Shown piece by piece: positions 63,850 to 64,000 of a DNA stretch of 64,000 nucleotides (the first letter of the stretch is position 1; the number at the start of each line of letters is the position of its first letter). The translations under genes were made by a program, and so were the position numbers. Origin of the DNA: Promethearchaeota archaeon (GTDB lineage Archaea > Asgardarchaeota > Lokiarchaeia > Sigyniarchaeales > SOKP01); NCBI GenBank assembly GCA_016840165.1, contig JAEOSU010000032.1, positions 1-64,000 of the forward strand, given 5' to 3'. Below the pieces are notes generated by a model. It did not search any database. It worked only from the letters and a program-made list of their open reading frames with translations, and was not told the DNA's origin.

Positions 63850-64000
63850 TTAAGACACCCCCATCAATTTCTTTGCTTTTTCTACACTATCAAATGCATC
63901 TTTACCCCACGCATCAGCACCTATTTCATCAGCAAATTCTTGAGAAGTAGGAACGCCCCCAATCATTAGCTTAATTTTATTCCTTAAACCCTCTTTGTTA
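63850..64000 (-). CDS. Corrinoid (cobalamin-binding) protein, C-terminal part; gene runs off the window
   Basis: Manual translation NKEGLRNKIKLMIGGVPTSQEFADEIGADAWGKDAFDSVEKAKKLMGVS-stop, typical MtaC/MtbC-type C-terminus. Confidence 0.88.
   Translation of the reverse strand, partial: NKEGLRNKIKLMIGGVPTSQEFADEIGADAWGKDAFDSVEKAKKLMGVS

Noticed and set aside
1-64000. CRISPR arrays, tRNA/rRNA genes, IS elements or a provirus
   Set aside because: No regularly spaced repeats, GC-rich structural RNA segments, or transposase/integrase/capsid-like ORFs were recognised by eye; tRNAscan-SE and Infernal runs would be needed to exclude small RNAs

Overview
AT-rich, gene-dense archaeal window. The gene content (gelsolin-domain protein, probable longin-domain protein, geranylgeranyl reductase, F420/Hdr modules, eukaryote-like SECIS) points to an Asgard archaeon of the Lokiarchaeia type; this is inferred, not searched. 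The main signal that the ORF track misses is a selenoprotein locus at 35.97-38.50 kb on the minus strand: a full-length hdrA (38500-36524) with three in-frame TGA codons and an uncalled mvhD/vhuD (36509-36045) with two. All five TGAs fall at positions that are Cys in paralogs within this window, and one eukaryote-type SECIS hairpin (AUGA..AAA..GA) follows mvhD. A second, Cys-only Hdr/MvhD/FrhB/NfnB-like cluster lies at 45.4-54.2 kb. Other highlights: three tandem membrane-anchored surface proteins sharing a gap-free ~60-residue cytoplasmic tail motif, divergent from a longin+winged-helix protein and a TrmB/coiled-coil protein; a single-domain gelsolin with an X-like C-terminal domain; a SIR2-TPR protein; an orphan HerA; a bacterial-type GAPDH; a UroD-family/SCP2 fusion next to a corrinoid protein; and a head-to-head scar of two 5'-truncated genes at 30.9-31.4 kb. 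I recognised no rRNA, tRNA, CRISPR array or transposase.
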